Assembly (NCBI GenBank): GCA_964425745.1
Contig: CAYRNW010000011.1
Location: 8,505 to 72,504 of the forward strand
Origin: an uncultured Eubacteriales bacterium
GTDB lineage: Bacteria; Bacillota; JAAYKD01
Reading direction: 5' to 3'
DNA length: 64,000 nucleotides
Shown here: piece after piece, positions 18,977 to 28,400 of the stretch
How the letters are laid out: every line of letters begins with the position of its first letter
How positions within the stretch are numbered: position 1 is the first letter of the stretch
The notes under the pieces: generated by a model
Told to the model about the DNA's origin: nothing
Seen by the model: only the letters and a program-made list of their open reading frames with translations
Database searches by the model: none
Program-made: the position numbers and the translations under genes

Positions 18977-20536
18977 TTGAATATGCCCTTCACAATAGGA
19001 AACTGGCTCTTAGCCATTACGCCGGTTTTGGTCTTGATCGCAGGAATTCTACTCTTCAAATGGGAGGCTTCAAAAGTTGGAGCGGTCTCTTGGATCGTTG
19101 CTTTAGGTATTGCATATTTCTTTTTCGGTACCGATTTACAAATGATAGCGCTTGCCAACAGCAAAGGCTTGAGCTTGAGTCTGTATGTCTTCCTGATTAT
19201 TTGGGGAGCCATCTTCCTTTACAACGTTGCCGATGGTGCCGGTGGAATCAAAGTCATCGGTAAAACCATATCTGGGGTTTCCGATGACCGTCGAATTATG
19301 ATTCTATTATTAGCTTGGTGTTTTACCTCCATGCTGCAAGGATTAGCCGGTTTTGGTATCCCGGTAGCGGTTGTGGCTCCCATTTTAGTGGTGATCGGCT
19401 TTGAACCCTTGGTGGCTGTCTCCGCGAGCCTAATCGGGCACTCCTGGGCTATCTCCTTTGGCTCCATGGGATCTTCTTATAATTCGATTCAGTTGGTGAC
19501 CGGAATCCCCGGAGAGGTGATTGGACCGTGGATGGCCATCATCTTCAGCGTGGGTATTTTCGCCACCGGTTTTGGCGTTGCCCATATCTACGGGGGCTGG
19601 GCGGCTGTTAAGAAGAGCGTTCCGCAGATCCTAACTGCAGGAACAGCAATGTCTTTTGTTATGTGGTTGATGACCATTATTGGAACCGCGCAGTTGGCTT
19701 CCCTAATGGCAGCAAGTGCGGGTTGTTTGGTTATGATTCTTTGGGCGATTACCGGAAAGCGCAAGCAAAAAGCGGAGGTGCGAGAGGTTGCGGAGAAGTC
19801 GGCTATGAGTTTTAACACGGCCTTCTCGCCATACTATACGTTGATCGTGGTTTCAATTTTGACTCAAATCAAACCAATCAAGACAGCGCTGAGCGGATAC
19901 AATTGGGGTCTGGCTTATCCGGAACTGCAAACCAGCTTTGGCTATGTGGTAACGGCGGTCAGCAAATATTCTAAAATCCAATTCTTTTCTCATCCGGCGC
20001 CGATTTTACTGCTTTCTTCCTTGGTAGGGTATGCAATCTATGTGACACGCATTGGAGCAAAGAAGAATCTCTTGAAGACAGCTGCACTTAAAACCGTGGA
20101 TAAGGCGATTCCGACCAGCGTAGGCATTGGCACCATGGTCATGATGGCTTTGATAATGAGTGATTCGGGAATGACTAATGTCATAGCCCAAGGAATCGCT
20201 AACGTGTTCGGTTCATTCTTCCCCTTGGTTTCACCGTATATTGGAGTCTTGGGCTCCTTTATTACCGGTAGCAACACCAATTCAAACGTGATGTTTGGGG
20301 TGTTACAGCAAAATACAGCGATTGTTTTAGGTGTATCACCGGTTCTCATGGCTGCAGCCCAGTCGGTTGGCGGCTCTTTAGGCGTAGCAATTTCACCTTC
20401 AACAATTATGACCGGAGCAGCGAATGTGGGCTTGAATGGACGAGAAAACGAAATCATGAAAATCACCATGAAGTATTGCTTGATCAACGTTATGTTGGTA
20501 GGCATCTTCGTCTTTATTCTATCGAAATTTTTCTAA
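18977..20536 (+). CDS. L-lactate permease family transporter
   Basis: GLAGFGIP, FITGSNTNSNVMFG and AAQSVGGSLG motifs; TTG start. Confidence 0.85.
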   Translation: MNMPFTIGNWLLAITPVLVLIAGILLFKWEASKVGAVSWIVALGIAYFFFGTDLQMIALANSKGLSLSLYVFLIIWGAIFLYNVADGAGGIKVIGKTISGVSDDRRIMILLLAWCFTSMLQGLAGFGIPVAVVAPILVVIGFEPLVAVSASLIGHSWAISFGSMGSSYNSIQLVTGIPGEVIGPWMAIIFSVGIFATGFGVAHIYGGWAAVKKSVPQILTAGTAMSFVMWLMTIIGTAQLASLMAASAGCLVMILWAITGKRKQKAEVREVAEKSAMSFNTAFSPYYTLIVVSILTQIKPIKTALSGYNWGLAYPELQTSFGYVVTAVSKYSKIQFFSHPAPILLLSSLVGYAIYVTRIGAKKNLLKTAALKTVDKAIPTSVGIGTMVMMALIMSDSGMTNVIAQGIANVFGSFFPLVSPYIGVLGSFITGSNTNSNVMFGVLQQNTAIVLGVSPVLMAAAQSVGGSLGVAISPSTIMTGAANVGLNGRENEIMKITMKYCLINVMLVGIFVFILSKFF

Positions 20537-20591
20537 GGAATCGCACAAATTTCCGCTCAAAAATACTTCCGGGCTCAAATACTTTGGAACT

Positions 20592-20622
20592 TTTCAAGGA
20601 GGGGACTGTCCCTACCTTGAAA
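20592..20622. repeat. Family-C palindrome
   Basis: TTTCAAGGAGGGGACTGTCCCTACCTTGAAA; same family as 46963, 46999 and 57906. Confidence 0.85.
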
Positions 20623-20709
20623 TTCGCAGAGAGATTATTTTGCGAGGATAACAGACGCGTGTATCGTATATTTTGTATAACTTAACTAGAAATTGGAGGA
20701 TTGATCAAT

Positions 20710-20901
20710 ATGACTCAGACACCTGTAAAACCGTGGCGTAAAAAATATCGAATGTTGATGTTAAAAACTGCCTTTTTATGCTTTTGGCCGGGTTTTTATT
20801 TTGCTTATCAGGGTGGTATTCAAAACAATCCGCTACTGATCGCTATTTCATTCGCGTTTCTAGGAGCAGCCGCGCTGTTGGCTATCCTTATTCAAAAGTA
20901 A
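20710..20901 (+). CDS. Small two-TM membrane protein
   Basis: GGAGG RBS and two hydrophobic segments; closely followed by the next gene; start could be 20701. Confidence 0.6.
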   Translation: MTQTPVKPWRKKYRMLMLKTAFLCFWPGFYFAYQGGIQNNPLLIAISFAFLGAAALLAILIQK

Positions 20902-20911
20902 GGGGAGACCT

Positions 20912-22246
20912 ATGAGAAAAATTACGATTCTACTTGTCTTGCTTGCTGTTTTATTGACGGCAACTGCTTGTAATCAAGAACCAAAGGAGGTGTTTGTTTA
21001 CGACGAAGAACAAGTTAAAACGTTGAGCACGACGTATGCCGACGAAATGGCCAAAGGCAACTTTGACAACGCTTTGAAAGCTTTTTCCTCTACGATGAGT
21101 AAGGCGCTTACGAAAGATGCCTTGATTGGTGCTTGGAAATCGGTTGTGGACTCGGTGGGCGAGTATCAGTTGGTCTACCAGACAACGGTGGAGTATAACA
21201 ACGATTTAGCAATCTCAACCGTTGTGCTTCAATACGAACTCAATGGGGTTCAAGTCAAGTTTACCTTAGACCATGACTATAAAGTCCATGGGCTATGGCT
21301 CAATTATTACGCTATTGAAGAGCCATTGCAAGTGAATGACACGTTTGAAGAGCGAGAAATCCAAGTGGGCAGCGGAGAAGAGAAATTGGATGGCATTCTC
21401 ACTACACCAACCGGCGTGGATAATCCACCTGTCGTGATTTTGGTGCAAGGTTCGGGACCCCAAGATATGCACGAAACTGTCGGTGCGGGCAATCAGCCTT
21501 TCAAGGATTTAGCACAAGGGTTAGCTGCCGAGGGCATTGCATCTATTCGCTATAACAAACGTTACTATCAGTATCCGCCTTCTGCCGAAGATGCGGAGGC
21601 AATCAATGCGATTACTGTGCAGCAAGAAGTGACCGATGATGTCGATGATGCAATCCAGTTGGCCAAGGAAACCTTTCCTAATTCCGAAATTAGTGTGATT
21701 GGGCATAGTCTCGGGGGGATGTTAGCGCCCTACATCGCGACGCAAAATCCGGAAGTCGCTTCGATTGTGATCATGGCTGGAACGCCTCGTAAATTGGAAG
21801 ACGTTATGGTGGAACAAACCGAAGATGCCTTGGCTCAAAATACGACCATGACCGTAGCCGATAAAGCTGCCTATTTGGCACAGATGAAGCAAGAGGCAGC
21901 CCGAATCAAACAATTGAGCGAGGCCGATTTAGGGTCGTTAGTTCTGCAACAACCGGTGTCGTATTGGCTCAGTCTCAATGCGATTGATACGGGAACATTG
22001 GCTGCCGAACTCGAAATTCCGATTCTAATCATGCAGGGTGATGCGGACTTCCAAGTCAAGGCAGACCTGGACTTTTTAGCGTGGGAAGAGTATTTAGGAA
22101 CACATATGAATGTAACGTATAAGTTGTATGAAGATTTAAACCATCTCTTTATGCCCACCACGGGTGCAAAAGATGTTAGCGACTACAACACACCGGCGAA
22201 TATTCCCTTACAAGTGATTCGTGACATTGCCGCATTCTTGAAGTAG
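20912..22246 (+). CDS. Alpha/beta hydrolase lipoprotein with N-terminal DUF3887-like domain
   Basis: Lipobox ATAC; GSGPQD, GHSLGG nucleophile elbow, QGDADFQV and LNHLF. Confidence 0.85.
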   Translation: MRKITILLVLLAVLLTATACNQEPKEVFVYDEEQVKTLSTTYADEMAKGNFDNALKAFSSTMSKALTKDALIGAWKSVVDSVGEYQLVYQTTVEYNNDLAISTVVLQYELNGVQVKFTLDHDYKVHGLWLNYYAIEEPLQVNDTFEEREIQVGSGEEKLDGILTTPTGVDNPPVVILVQGSGPQDMHETVGAGNQPFKDLAQGLAAEGIASIRYNKRYYQYPPSAEDAEAINAITVQQEVTDDVDDAIQLAKETFPNSEISVIGHSLGGMLAPYIATQNPEVASIVIMAGTPRKLEDVMVEQTEDALAQNTTMTVADKAAYLAQMKQEAARIKQLSEADLGSLVLQQPVSYWLSLNAIDTGTLAAELEIPILIMQGDADFQVKADLDFLAWEEYLGTHMNVTYKLYEDLNHLFMPTTGAKDVSDYNTPANIPLQVIRDIAAFLK

Positions 22247-22258
22247 ATGACGAGGATA

Positions 22259-22429
22259 GGGGACGGTTCTCTCCCCTCCAAATTTACCGTTTAATTACCA
22301 TATAATTATAATGCTAATGTATAATTAAAAAGCCCAGTTGATACATCGTTGTGATGTTTCAACCGGGCTTTTTCTATTGCTTGTATTTCCCATTTAATTG
22401 GTAAAAAACCAGGGGAGAGAACCGTCCCC
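22259..22429. repeat. Family-A inverted arm pair (171 bp) enclosing a terminator
   Basis: GGGGACGGTTCTCTCCCCT ... AGGGGAGAGAACCGTCCCC. Confidence 0.9.
22327..22373. terminator. Bidirectional intrinsic terminator
   Basis: AAAAAGCCC...GGGCTTTTT long hairpin between convergent genes. Confidence 0.8.
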
Positions 22430-22454
22430 AAGATTTAGATCCCCAAGATTCCTT

Positions 22455-23624
22455 TTAATGAACATCTTCGTGATCGATGCGAAGTATGGCATGGTAGGTG
22501 GGATTCATCTCTTGCAGACGTTCTTCTACCAAGGCTAGCAAATCTTCATCGGCTAAGGTGTAATCATACGGAACTTCAATATCGAAGATTACCTTGGTCA
22601 AATTGCGCCCCCAGACCACTCTAAAATCATGCATTTTTAAAAGGGGAGAGATATTTTTCAACATTGCACAAACTTTTTCTTGCAAGGCTTTGGCTTTCGA
22701 ATCGTTGGCGATGACCGGATCCATATGGATGACCATGCGAATCCCCATATCATTGAAAAAGTCGCGCTCGATCTGGTCGATCAGCTCATGACTTTCCATA
22801 ATATCAGCGGCAGCATCCACTTCACAATGCAACGAGGCGTAGCAACGATTTCCGCCATAACTATGTAAGGTTAGATCATGCAACCCCAATACATGCTCAT
22901 AGCTTAAAACCTTAGCCTTAATTGCATTTATTAACTCCGGCTTGGGTGCCATTCCTAAAAGCGGAGTCATAGTGTCACTGACCAACTTAAAGCCGCTATA
23001 AACGATGAATAGTGCTACGAGCAGGCCCATCAAGCCATCGATCTGAACACCGGCGTACGCTCCAAGCAATGCCGAGACTAAAACCGCAGAAGTCGCTAAA
23101 ATATCATTCCGGCTGTCTTCGGAAGCGGCCTTCAGTGCAACGGAGTCGATACGGGTGCCCACCAGCTGATAAAACCGACTCTGCCAGAACTTTCCCAGTA
23201 TGGCAGCAAACAGGGAGGCGGCTAGAAGGCCACTAAATAAGATCGGTTCCGGAGCAAGCATTTTCTTCCACGAAGAAATCCCCAATTGGAAACCCAACAA
23301 GACAATGGAAAAGGAAACGACCAGGCCTGCAATATATTCCATGCGGGCATGACCATAAGGGTGTTCTGTATCGGCGGGACGCCCCGATAAATAAAAGCCG
23401 ATCAGCAGAATCAAGGAGGAAGCAGAGTCTGAAAGATTATTGACGGCATCTGCCAAAATGGCGACGCTATTGGCGAACATGCCTAATAAAACCTTGACCG
23501 TGAACAGCACTAAGTTCGTGGCGATGCCTACCACGGCAGCCATTTTTCCATAGCACTCCCGAACCAAGGGGGTGTCGGTTTTTTTATAATCTTTCACCAA
23601 TAATTGAATCAAAAACTCGCTCAT
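22455..23624 (-). CDS. Cation diffusion facilitator (CzcD/FieF family)
   Basis: ADAVNNLSD, HPYGHARMEY and DSRND; duplicated C-terminal dimerisation domain. Confidence 0.9.
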   Translation of the reverse strand: MSEFLIQLLVKDYKKTDTPLVRECYGKMAAVVGIATNLVLFTVKVLLGMFANSVAILADAVNNLSDSASSLILLIGFYLSGRPADTEHPYGHARMEYIAGLVVSFSIVLLGFQLGISSWKKMLAPEPILFSGLLAASLFAAILGKFWQSRFYQLVGTRIDSVALKAASEDSRNDILATSAVLVSALLGAYAGVQIDGLMGLLVALFIVYSGFKLVSDTMTPLLGMAPKPELINAIKAKVLSYEHVLGLHDLTLHSYGGNRCYASLHCEVDAAADIMESHELIDQIERDFFNDMGIRMVIHMDPVIANDSKAKALQEKVCAMLKNISPLLKMHDFRVVWGRNLTKVIFDIEVPYDYTLADEDLLALVEERLQEMNPTYHAILRIDHEDVH

Positions 23625-23643
23625 TTAAAGCCTCCTACCCAAT

Positions 23644-23681
23644 AAAAAAAAACCTATGGAACATTTTACTGTCCCACAGGT
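23644..23681 (-). terminator. Riboswitch expression-platform terminator
   Basis: Minus strand ACCTGTGGGACA-GTAAAA-TGTTCCATAGGT plus T-run, overlapping the aptamer 3' end. Confidence 0.8.
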
Positions 23682-23760
23682 GTATGTAATACTTTTATAC
23701 CCTGCTGCCCGACTTAAGGGCCCGGCATTTCCCCTTGTGAGAGAGTAGCCTGCTCAGTAC
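23667..23760 (-). ncRNA. NiCo (czcD) riboswitch aptamer
   Basis: Minus strand ACTGAGCAGGC...GCCGGGCC...GGCAGCAG...CTGTGGGACAGT matches the NiCo four-way-junction consensus; upstream of a CDF gene. Confidence 0.9.
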
Positions 23761-23793
23761 TGTAGCAAAATGCAGTGCTAAGTCAACGACTAC

Positions 23794-23822
23794 AGTATAC
23801 TAAACGGTATATCATCTGTCAA
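23794..23822 (-). promoter_or_regulatory. Sigma-A promoter for the riboswitch/CDF transcript
   Basis: Minus strand TTGACA, 17 bp, TATACT. Confidence 0.8.
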
Positions 23823-23823
23823 G

Positions 23824-24426
23824 CTACGGAGCTGCCTGCTCAAACCCGATTTGGGTGATTGCCGTTTCAAGGACAAGCCGCGGGTCCACAATCGGATTTA
23901 ACCACTCATTCCACATCTCTCTCGGCAGTATGACCGGCATACGCGGATGGATATGGCGAATCCCTTCCGATGCATCTCGTGTTAAAATCACAAAGCTGGG
24001 TACGCCGGTAGGCCCCTCCGGACGATAAATACCGGCCATGAAAAAGAAGGCATGATCTTCTGGGAAAAGCGAATACTTTTGTTTGCGCCCCTCTAAAGTC
24101 TGCCATTCGAAATAGCGATTGGCAGGAATCATGCAGCGACGAGTATGGACGCTTTCTTTGAACATGGGTTTTTCGGTTACAGTTTCGCTACGGGCATTGA
24201 TAATCAATCCGCCGCGATTCTGACTATAGCCCCACTTCATGAGAAACGGCGCTTGTTTCATACTTTTACTATTGGCAAGAATCACCGATATTTGAGACGG
24301 TGCGACTTCTCCTAACTTCAACAAAGGAAGAGCAGGGGAGTCCTGATAACGACGCCGGATCTCTGCCAGGATCCCCATCATTTCCACGGCGGTTGCTTCA
24401 GGTTCTACATAATATCTACCACACAA
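23824..24426 (-). CDS. SRAP/HMCES (YedK-like) abasic-site protecting protein
   Basis: N-terminal MCGRY (catalytic Cys2), INARSET, FEW and IHPRMPVIL. Confidence 0.92.
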   Translation of the reverse strand: MCGRYYVEPEATAVEMMGILAEIRRRYQDSPALPLLKLGEVAPSQISVILANSKSMKQAPFLMKWGYSQNRGGLIINARSETVTEKPMFKESVHTRRCMIPANRYFEWQTLEGRKQKYSLFPEDHAFFFMAGIYRPEGPTGVPSFVILTRDASEGIRHIHPRMPVILPREMWNEWLNPIVDPRLVLETAITQIGFEQAAP

Positions 24427-24438
24427 AGTACTTCCCCC

Positions 24439-24714
24439 TTAGGCCAATTGTCGTTCGACAAACCAACGCCCTAACAGGTTTCCTTGTGCGACAGCATTGC
24501 GTTCGAAAAATAAATAGCTGTAATGATTGCCTAAGCGAACCATATAACGGTCGCCTTGACTGCCGGCTTTGGCGGAAAAAGACGGACGGATGTCTAGAAC
24601 CCGATCAATAGGGTAAGCAGTGCCGTCTTCCCAGGTGATCACTTCCGGCAATAACGTGCCTTCTGGGTCGAAACTGGCTGTGACCCTCACATAAACCTTA
24701 GATTTGTTTTCCAC
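24439..24714 (-). CDS. Conserved hypothetical small beta-rich protein in the DinB cassette
   Basis: 91 aa GTG-start ORF packed between ImmA and SRAP; W.DG..Y.IDRV..., GDRY, LFFE and WFVE. Confidence 0.75.
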   Translation of the reverse strand: MENKSKVYVRVTASFDPEGTLLPEVITWEDGTAYPIDRVLDIRPSFSAKAGSQGDRYMVRLGNHYSYLFFERNAVAQGNLLGRWFVERQLA

Positions 24715-24719
24715 GTTTC

Positions 24720-25250
24720 TTACCTCACTTTCTTTAAGAAGTCACCATTGGCTACAATCGGCGGATCAATCACTTTGTAGCCTTTGCGCTTTAACACTCG
24801 AAACTTAAAATCCAATAATTCCGGAGGCACTTGCAAGGCCGAAGCGGCTGCAAAGAAAGAAATATCGTCATTAAGCAAGGATAAGACTTCTTCATCGGGC
24901 ATCAGCAGGTCTGCTGCGAAAATATTGGCTTCAAACTCATATTGAGAGGTTTCATCAAACATGACGAAATCATGGAAGGTGCGAATTCCGGAGGCTCGTC
25001 GGTGCAAGACTGCATGCCCCAACTCATGAGCCATAATAATTTGTTGTAAATCTTCCGACAAATGGCTGTTCACCATAATGACCTGTTTGCGCGATTGGCT
25101 CAAATAAAACCCCTTGCAAGCGCCGTCAAAGCTCCCCATGGGAGAGAAGAGCACCGTTACCCCCATGGCCCGGCAAAGGCGCGCCACATTGGTTTCATCG
25201 TATTGCCGAATCAGCTGTTCTACTTCGCGGCTGATGGTGGTAATGGACAT
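24720..25250 (-). CDS. ImmA/IrrE family metallo-endopeptidase
   Basis: AHELGHAVLH (HExxH) and EFEANIFAADLL; ATG 1 nt after the XRE stop. Confidence 0.9.
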   Translation of the reverse strand: MSITTISREVEQLIRQYDETNVARLCRAMGVTVLFSPMGSFDGACKGFYLSQSRKQVIMVNSHLSEDLQQIIMAHELGHAVLHRRASGIRTFHDFVMFDETSQYEFEANIFAADLLMPDEEVLSLLNDDISFFAAASALQVPPELLDFKFRVLKRKGYKVIDPPIVANGDFLKKVR

Positions 25251-25251
25251 G

Positions 25252-25689
25252 TTATTCTCCGTCCTTCGTACGGCCGAAGGTCTGCCGCGCTTCTTCTTTA
25301 CAATTGACATAGGCCGTCATAACCGCCTGGAAAAAGGCATCTTTGGCCTCTTGGCTTAAAGCACCGCCGGCGAAGAGCGCTCGGTTTTGCTGGAGAAGAG
25401 CTTCCGCTTCGGCAACTCCGCGACTCCCATACATGGAACGAATATTCTCTATGGACTGCTCTCGGATCAAGCCGGCTTGGGGGTCTGCGCTTTCATCGTT
25501 GGTTAAATACTCTACCGAAACATGCAACGCCTTGGCCAATCTCCGCAAAGTGGAGGCTCTGGGGATGGCAGTTCCGGTTTCATAGGCAGAAATGGAGCGG
25601 ATGGAGAGCTCGGTTTCTTCTGCCAAGCTGGACTGACTCAAACCAATCTCGGCGCGTGCATCTCGTAATTTTTCAGCAAATCTTTGCAT
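25252..25689 (-). CDS. XRE-family HTH repressor (ImmR-like)
   Basis: LRDARAEIGLSQSSLAE...SISAYETG...LAKALHVSVEYL; GGAGG RBS. Confidence 0.9.
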   Translation of the reverse strand: MQRFAEKLRDARAEIGLSQSSLAEETELSIRSISAYETGTAIPRASTLRRLAKALHVSVEYLTNDESADPQAGLIREQSIENIRSMYGSRGVAEAEALLQQNRALFAGGALSQEAKDAFFQAVMTAYVNCKEEARQTFGRTKDGE

Positions 25690-25736
25690 AGGGATCTCCT
25701 CCTTTGAAAAAATCAAACAAAATCTTCGAAACTTCC

Positions 25737-25822
25737 TTGACAGAACCTCTTTCTTCTGCTACGATTATGACGAAGTTTGTAGAAGTTGCCTTCATTATAC
25801 TTCACACCAAGCTTCTTGTCAA
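25737..25822. promoter_or_regulatory. Face-to-face sigma-A promoters for dinB (+) and the xre operon (-)
   Basis: + strand: TTGACA 25737, 17 bp, TACGAT 25760; - strand: TTGACA 25822-25817, 17 bp, TATAAT 25799-25794. Confidence 0.75.
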
Positions 25823-25881
25823 GCACAAAAACAAGCAGAATATAGAAGTTTGAAAATATTTTTTAGAAAGGGAAGAGAACG

Positions 25882-27138
25882 ATGAAAAAAGGCCGCATGA
25901 TTCTGCATAGTGATCTGAATTCCTTTTATGCATCGGTAGAGATCATGCAACAGCCCCAGCTCAAGGGGCAAGCCGTTGCCGTATGTGGTTCGGCCGATGA
26001 TCGCCATGGCATTGTTTTAGCCAAGTCGGAAAAGGCAAAAAAGGCCGGCATCAAGACCGGTATGGCCAATTGGCAAGCGAAACGCCTCTGTCCCGATCTA
26101 ATCATGGTAGCCCCTCGCTTTCATGAATATGTCAAGTATTCACGAGCTGTTCGGGAAATTTACAGCAGGTTCAGTAAAAAGATTGAACCCTACGGCATGG
26201 ATGAGTGTTGGATCGATATCAGCCCCATCTGCAGCAATTTTCACCAGGGAGAAGAAATCGCCAATCAAATTCGCGAACTCACCAAAAGTGAATTGGGCCT
26301 AAGCGTTAGCATAGGGGTATCCTTTAATAAAGTCTTTGCCAAACTGGGCAGCGACCTCAAAAAACCCGATGCGGTCACCGTCATCACAGAAGATAATTTC
26401 CGCAAAAAAATCTGGCCTCTTCCGGCCAGCGAATTGCTTTTCGTCGGGCGTTCCACTACGCAAAAACTTCAAGCCGTCAATGTGCATACCATCGGCCAGT
26501 TAGCCAATACCGATCCGGGGCAACTGCGCAAACTCCTCGGCATCAATGGAGTGCAACTTTGGACCTTTGCCAATGGCAAAGATACCGGAGAAGTTATGGA
26601 ATTGGACTTCAAAAGCCAAATCAAATCGGTGGGACACGGAATTACCTGCCGGGGAGATTTAGAGAGCAGCCGCGAGGTCTGGCGAGTGATGTTACAATTG
26701 AGCCAAGATATCGGTGAAAAACTGCGTAGCCAAGGTCTCATGGCCACCGGCGTGCAAATCACGGTGAGAGATAACGAACTCAACGTTAAGCAATACCAAA
26801 CCGGACTGGGCTTTCCCAGTCAAAGTGCCATGGAAATTGCCTATTTAGCAAAAAAGCTCTTTGAGAGCAACTACGACTGGCATTTACCAATCCGCTCGGT
26901 CACGGTGCGCGCCATCAATCTTTTCCCCGCCGAATCACCCTTACAACTGGATTTACTCGATGATTTTCAAAAACGCCAACGTCAGCATACCCTGGAAACC
27001 ACCATCGACACCCTACGTGGGCGTTTCGGGGACCGATCCATCACTTTCGCCTCCCTCATGGGAGACCTAAAAATGCCTCTACACTCCAGCAGTATTATTT
27101 TAATGCCCGGCATGCAAGATGAAATTCCGCTTTTTTGA
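25882..27138 (+). CDS. dinB: Y-family DNA polymerase (Pol IV/DinB-like)
   Basis: ILHSDLNSFYASVE, GMDECWID catalytic motif, AKLGSDLKKPD and a C-terminal clamp-binding-like QLDLL. Confidence 0.92.
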   Translation: MKKGRMILHSDLNSFYASVEIMQQPQLKGQAVAVCGSADDRHGIVLAKSEKAKKAGIKTGMANWQAKRLCPDLIMVAPRFHEYVKYSRAVREIYSRFSKKIEPYGMDECWIDISPICSNFHQGEEIANQIRELTKSELGLSVSIGVSFNKVFAKLGSDLKKPDAVTVITEDNFRKKIWPLPASELLFVGRSTTQKLQAVNVHTIGQLANTDPGQLRKLLGINGVQLWTFANGKDTGEVMELDFKSQIKSVGHGITCRGDLESSREVWRVMLQLSQDIGEKLRSQGLMATGVQITVRDNELNVKQYQTGLGFPSQSAMEIAYLAKKLFESNYDWHLPIRSVTVRAINLFPAESPLQLDLLDDFQKRQRQHTLETTIDTLRGRFGDRSITFASLMGDLKMPLHSSSIILMPGMQDEIPLF

Positions 27139-27209
27139 TTGACTTTTATAAAAAAATCACTATACTAAGTGTTGGATTCCATCAAAAAAGGGCAAAGGAG
27201 GCGGGTAAC

Positions 27210-28394
27210 ATGGCCATTTTAAGTGAAAAAGATAAACAATATCTTAAAAAAGAAGATATTTGCACGCATCTGGGCGATGATTATGCAAAATTTATGGGGG
27301 CAATCGTGCCGCCCATCTTTCAAAACTCACTCTTTGTCAAGCCAACACCTACCAATGGCGTACCCGATTCCGGATATGTCTATACCCGTGTTTGCAACCC
27401 CACCACCGAAATCGCTGAAAAAAAGATTGCTGCTTTAGAAGGTGCCGACGGAGCGCTCTGCTTTAGTTCGGGCATGGCGGCGATTTCTTCGGCTATTTTG
27501 CATTTTGTGCGTGATAACTGTCATGTTGTCTATGTGGCCTCCAGCTATGGTCCCACCCGCACCTTCCTCACCCAATACTGCGCCAATCGTTTTGGTGTCA
27601 CCACCACTCCGGTCAAAGGCGTGACCACAGAGGAAGTAGAAGCTGCAATTCGACCGAACACCAAGCTCATCTATTTAGAAAGCCCTTCCAGCGGTGTTTT
27701 TCGCCTGCAAGATATTGAAGCGATTGCCCAAATTACGAAGTCTAAGGGGATAGGTACCATCATCGACAACACCTATGCGACACCCTTACACCAAAACCCT
27801 TTACGATATGGCATCGATATCGCCGTTCATACCGCGTCCAAATACATGGGAGGGCATAGCGATATTGTCGCCGGTGCCTTAGCAGCCAATGCTGAGATCA
27901 TCGAAAGTATTCAGCATCAAGAGCGAGAATTGTTGGGTTCGATCATGGATCCACATCAGTCCTGGCTATTGACCCGTGGATTGCGAACTTTGCCTTTACG
28001 CCTAAAACAACACGGTGCGAACGGCTGGCAAGTCGCTCAATACTTGGAACAACACCCCAAAGTAGAACAAGTCTTCTACCCGGGTTCGGAAACCTTTCAA
28101 CAAAAAGAACTCTTCCAACGCTACCTCAGTGGCACCAATGGCTTAATCAGTTTTGTGCCCAAAGGAACGGTAGAGCAGGTGCGCCAATTCATGTATGACT
28201 TAAAAGTCTTTCAATTTGGCGTGGGTTGGGGAGGATTCGAGAGTTTAGTTATTAATATCACCGTAGGCTATACGCCCGAACAGGCAGAGGCGGTGGATTG
28301 CCCAGTCAACCTGGTGCGGATCCATTGCGGCTTAGAAGATGCCGAAAGCCTTATTGCCGATTTGGAGCAAGCCTTTGAAAAATTGAAAGTGTAG
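27210..28394 (+). CDS. PLP-dependent trans-sulfuration enzyme (cystathionine/methionine gamma-lyase family)
   Basis: YTR..NPT, SSGMAAI, DNT, HTASKYMGGHSD (PLP Lys) and RIHCGLED. Confidence 0.9.
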   Translation: MAILSEKDKQYLKKEDICTHLGDDYAKFMGAIVPPIFQNSLFVKPTPTNGVPDSGYVYTRVCNPTTEIAEKKIAALEGADGALCFSSGMAAISSAILHFVRDNCHVVYVASSYGPTRTFLTQYCANRFGVTTTPVKGVTTEEVEAAIRPNTKLIYLESPSSGVFRLQDIEAIAQITKSKGIGTIIDNTYATPLHQNPLRYGIDIAVHTASKYMGGHSDIVAGALAANAEIIESIQHQERELLGSIMDPHQSWLLTRGLRTLPLRLKQHGANGWQVAQYLEQHPKVEQVFYPGSETFQQKELFQRYLSGTNGLISFVPKGTVEQVRQFMYDLKVFQFGVGWGGFESLVINITVGYTPEQAEAVDCPVNLVRIHCGLEDAESLIADLEQAFEKLKV

Positions 28395-28400
28395 GGATGT

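Noticed and set aside
24720-25689. ImmA/ImmR as evidence of a prophage or ICE
   Set aside because: No integrase, conjugation or structural genes, and no att repeats nearby.
25690-25881. LexA (Cheo) box upstream of dinB
   Set aside because: The closest match, GAACCTCTTTC, has the wrong spacing and second half-site.
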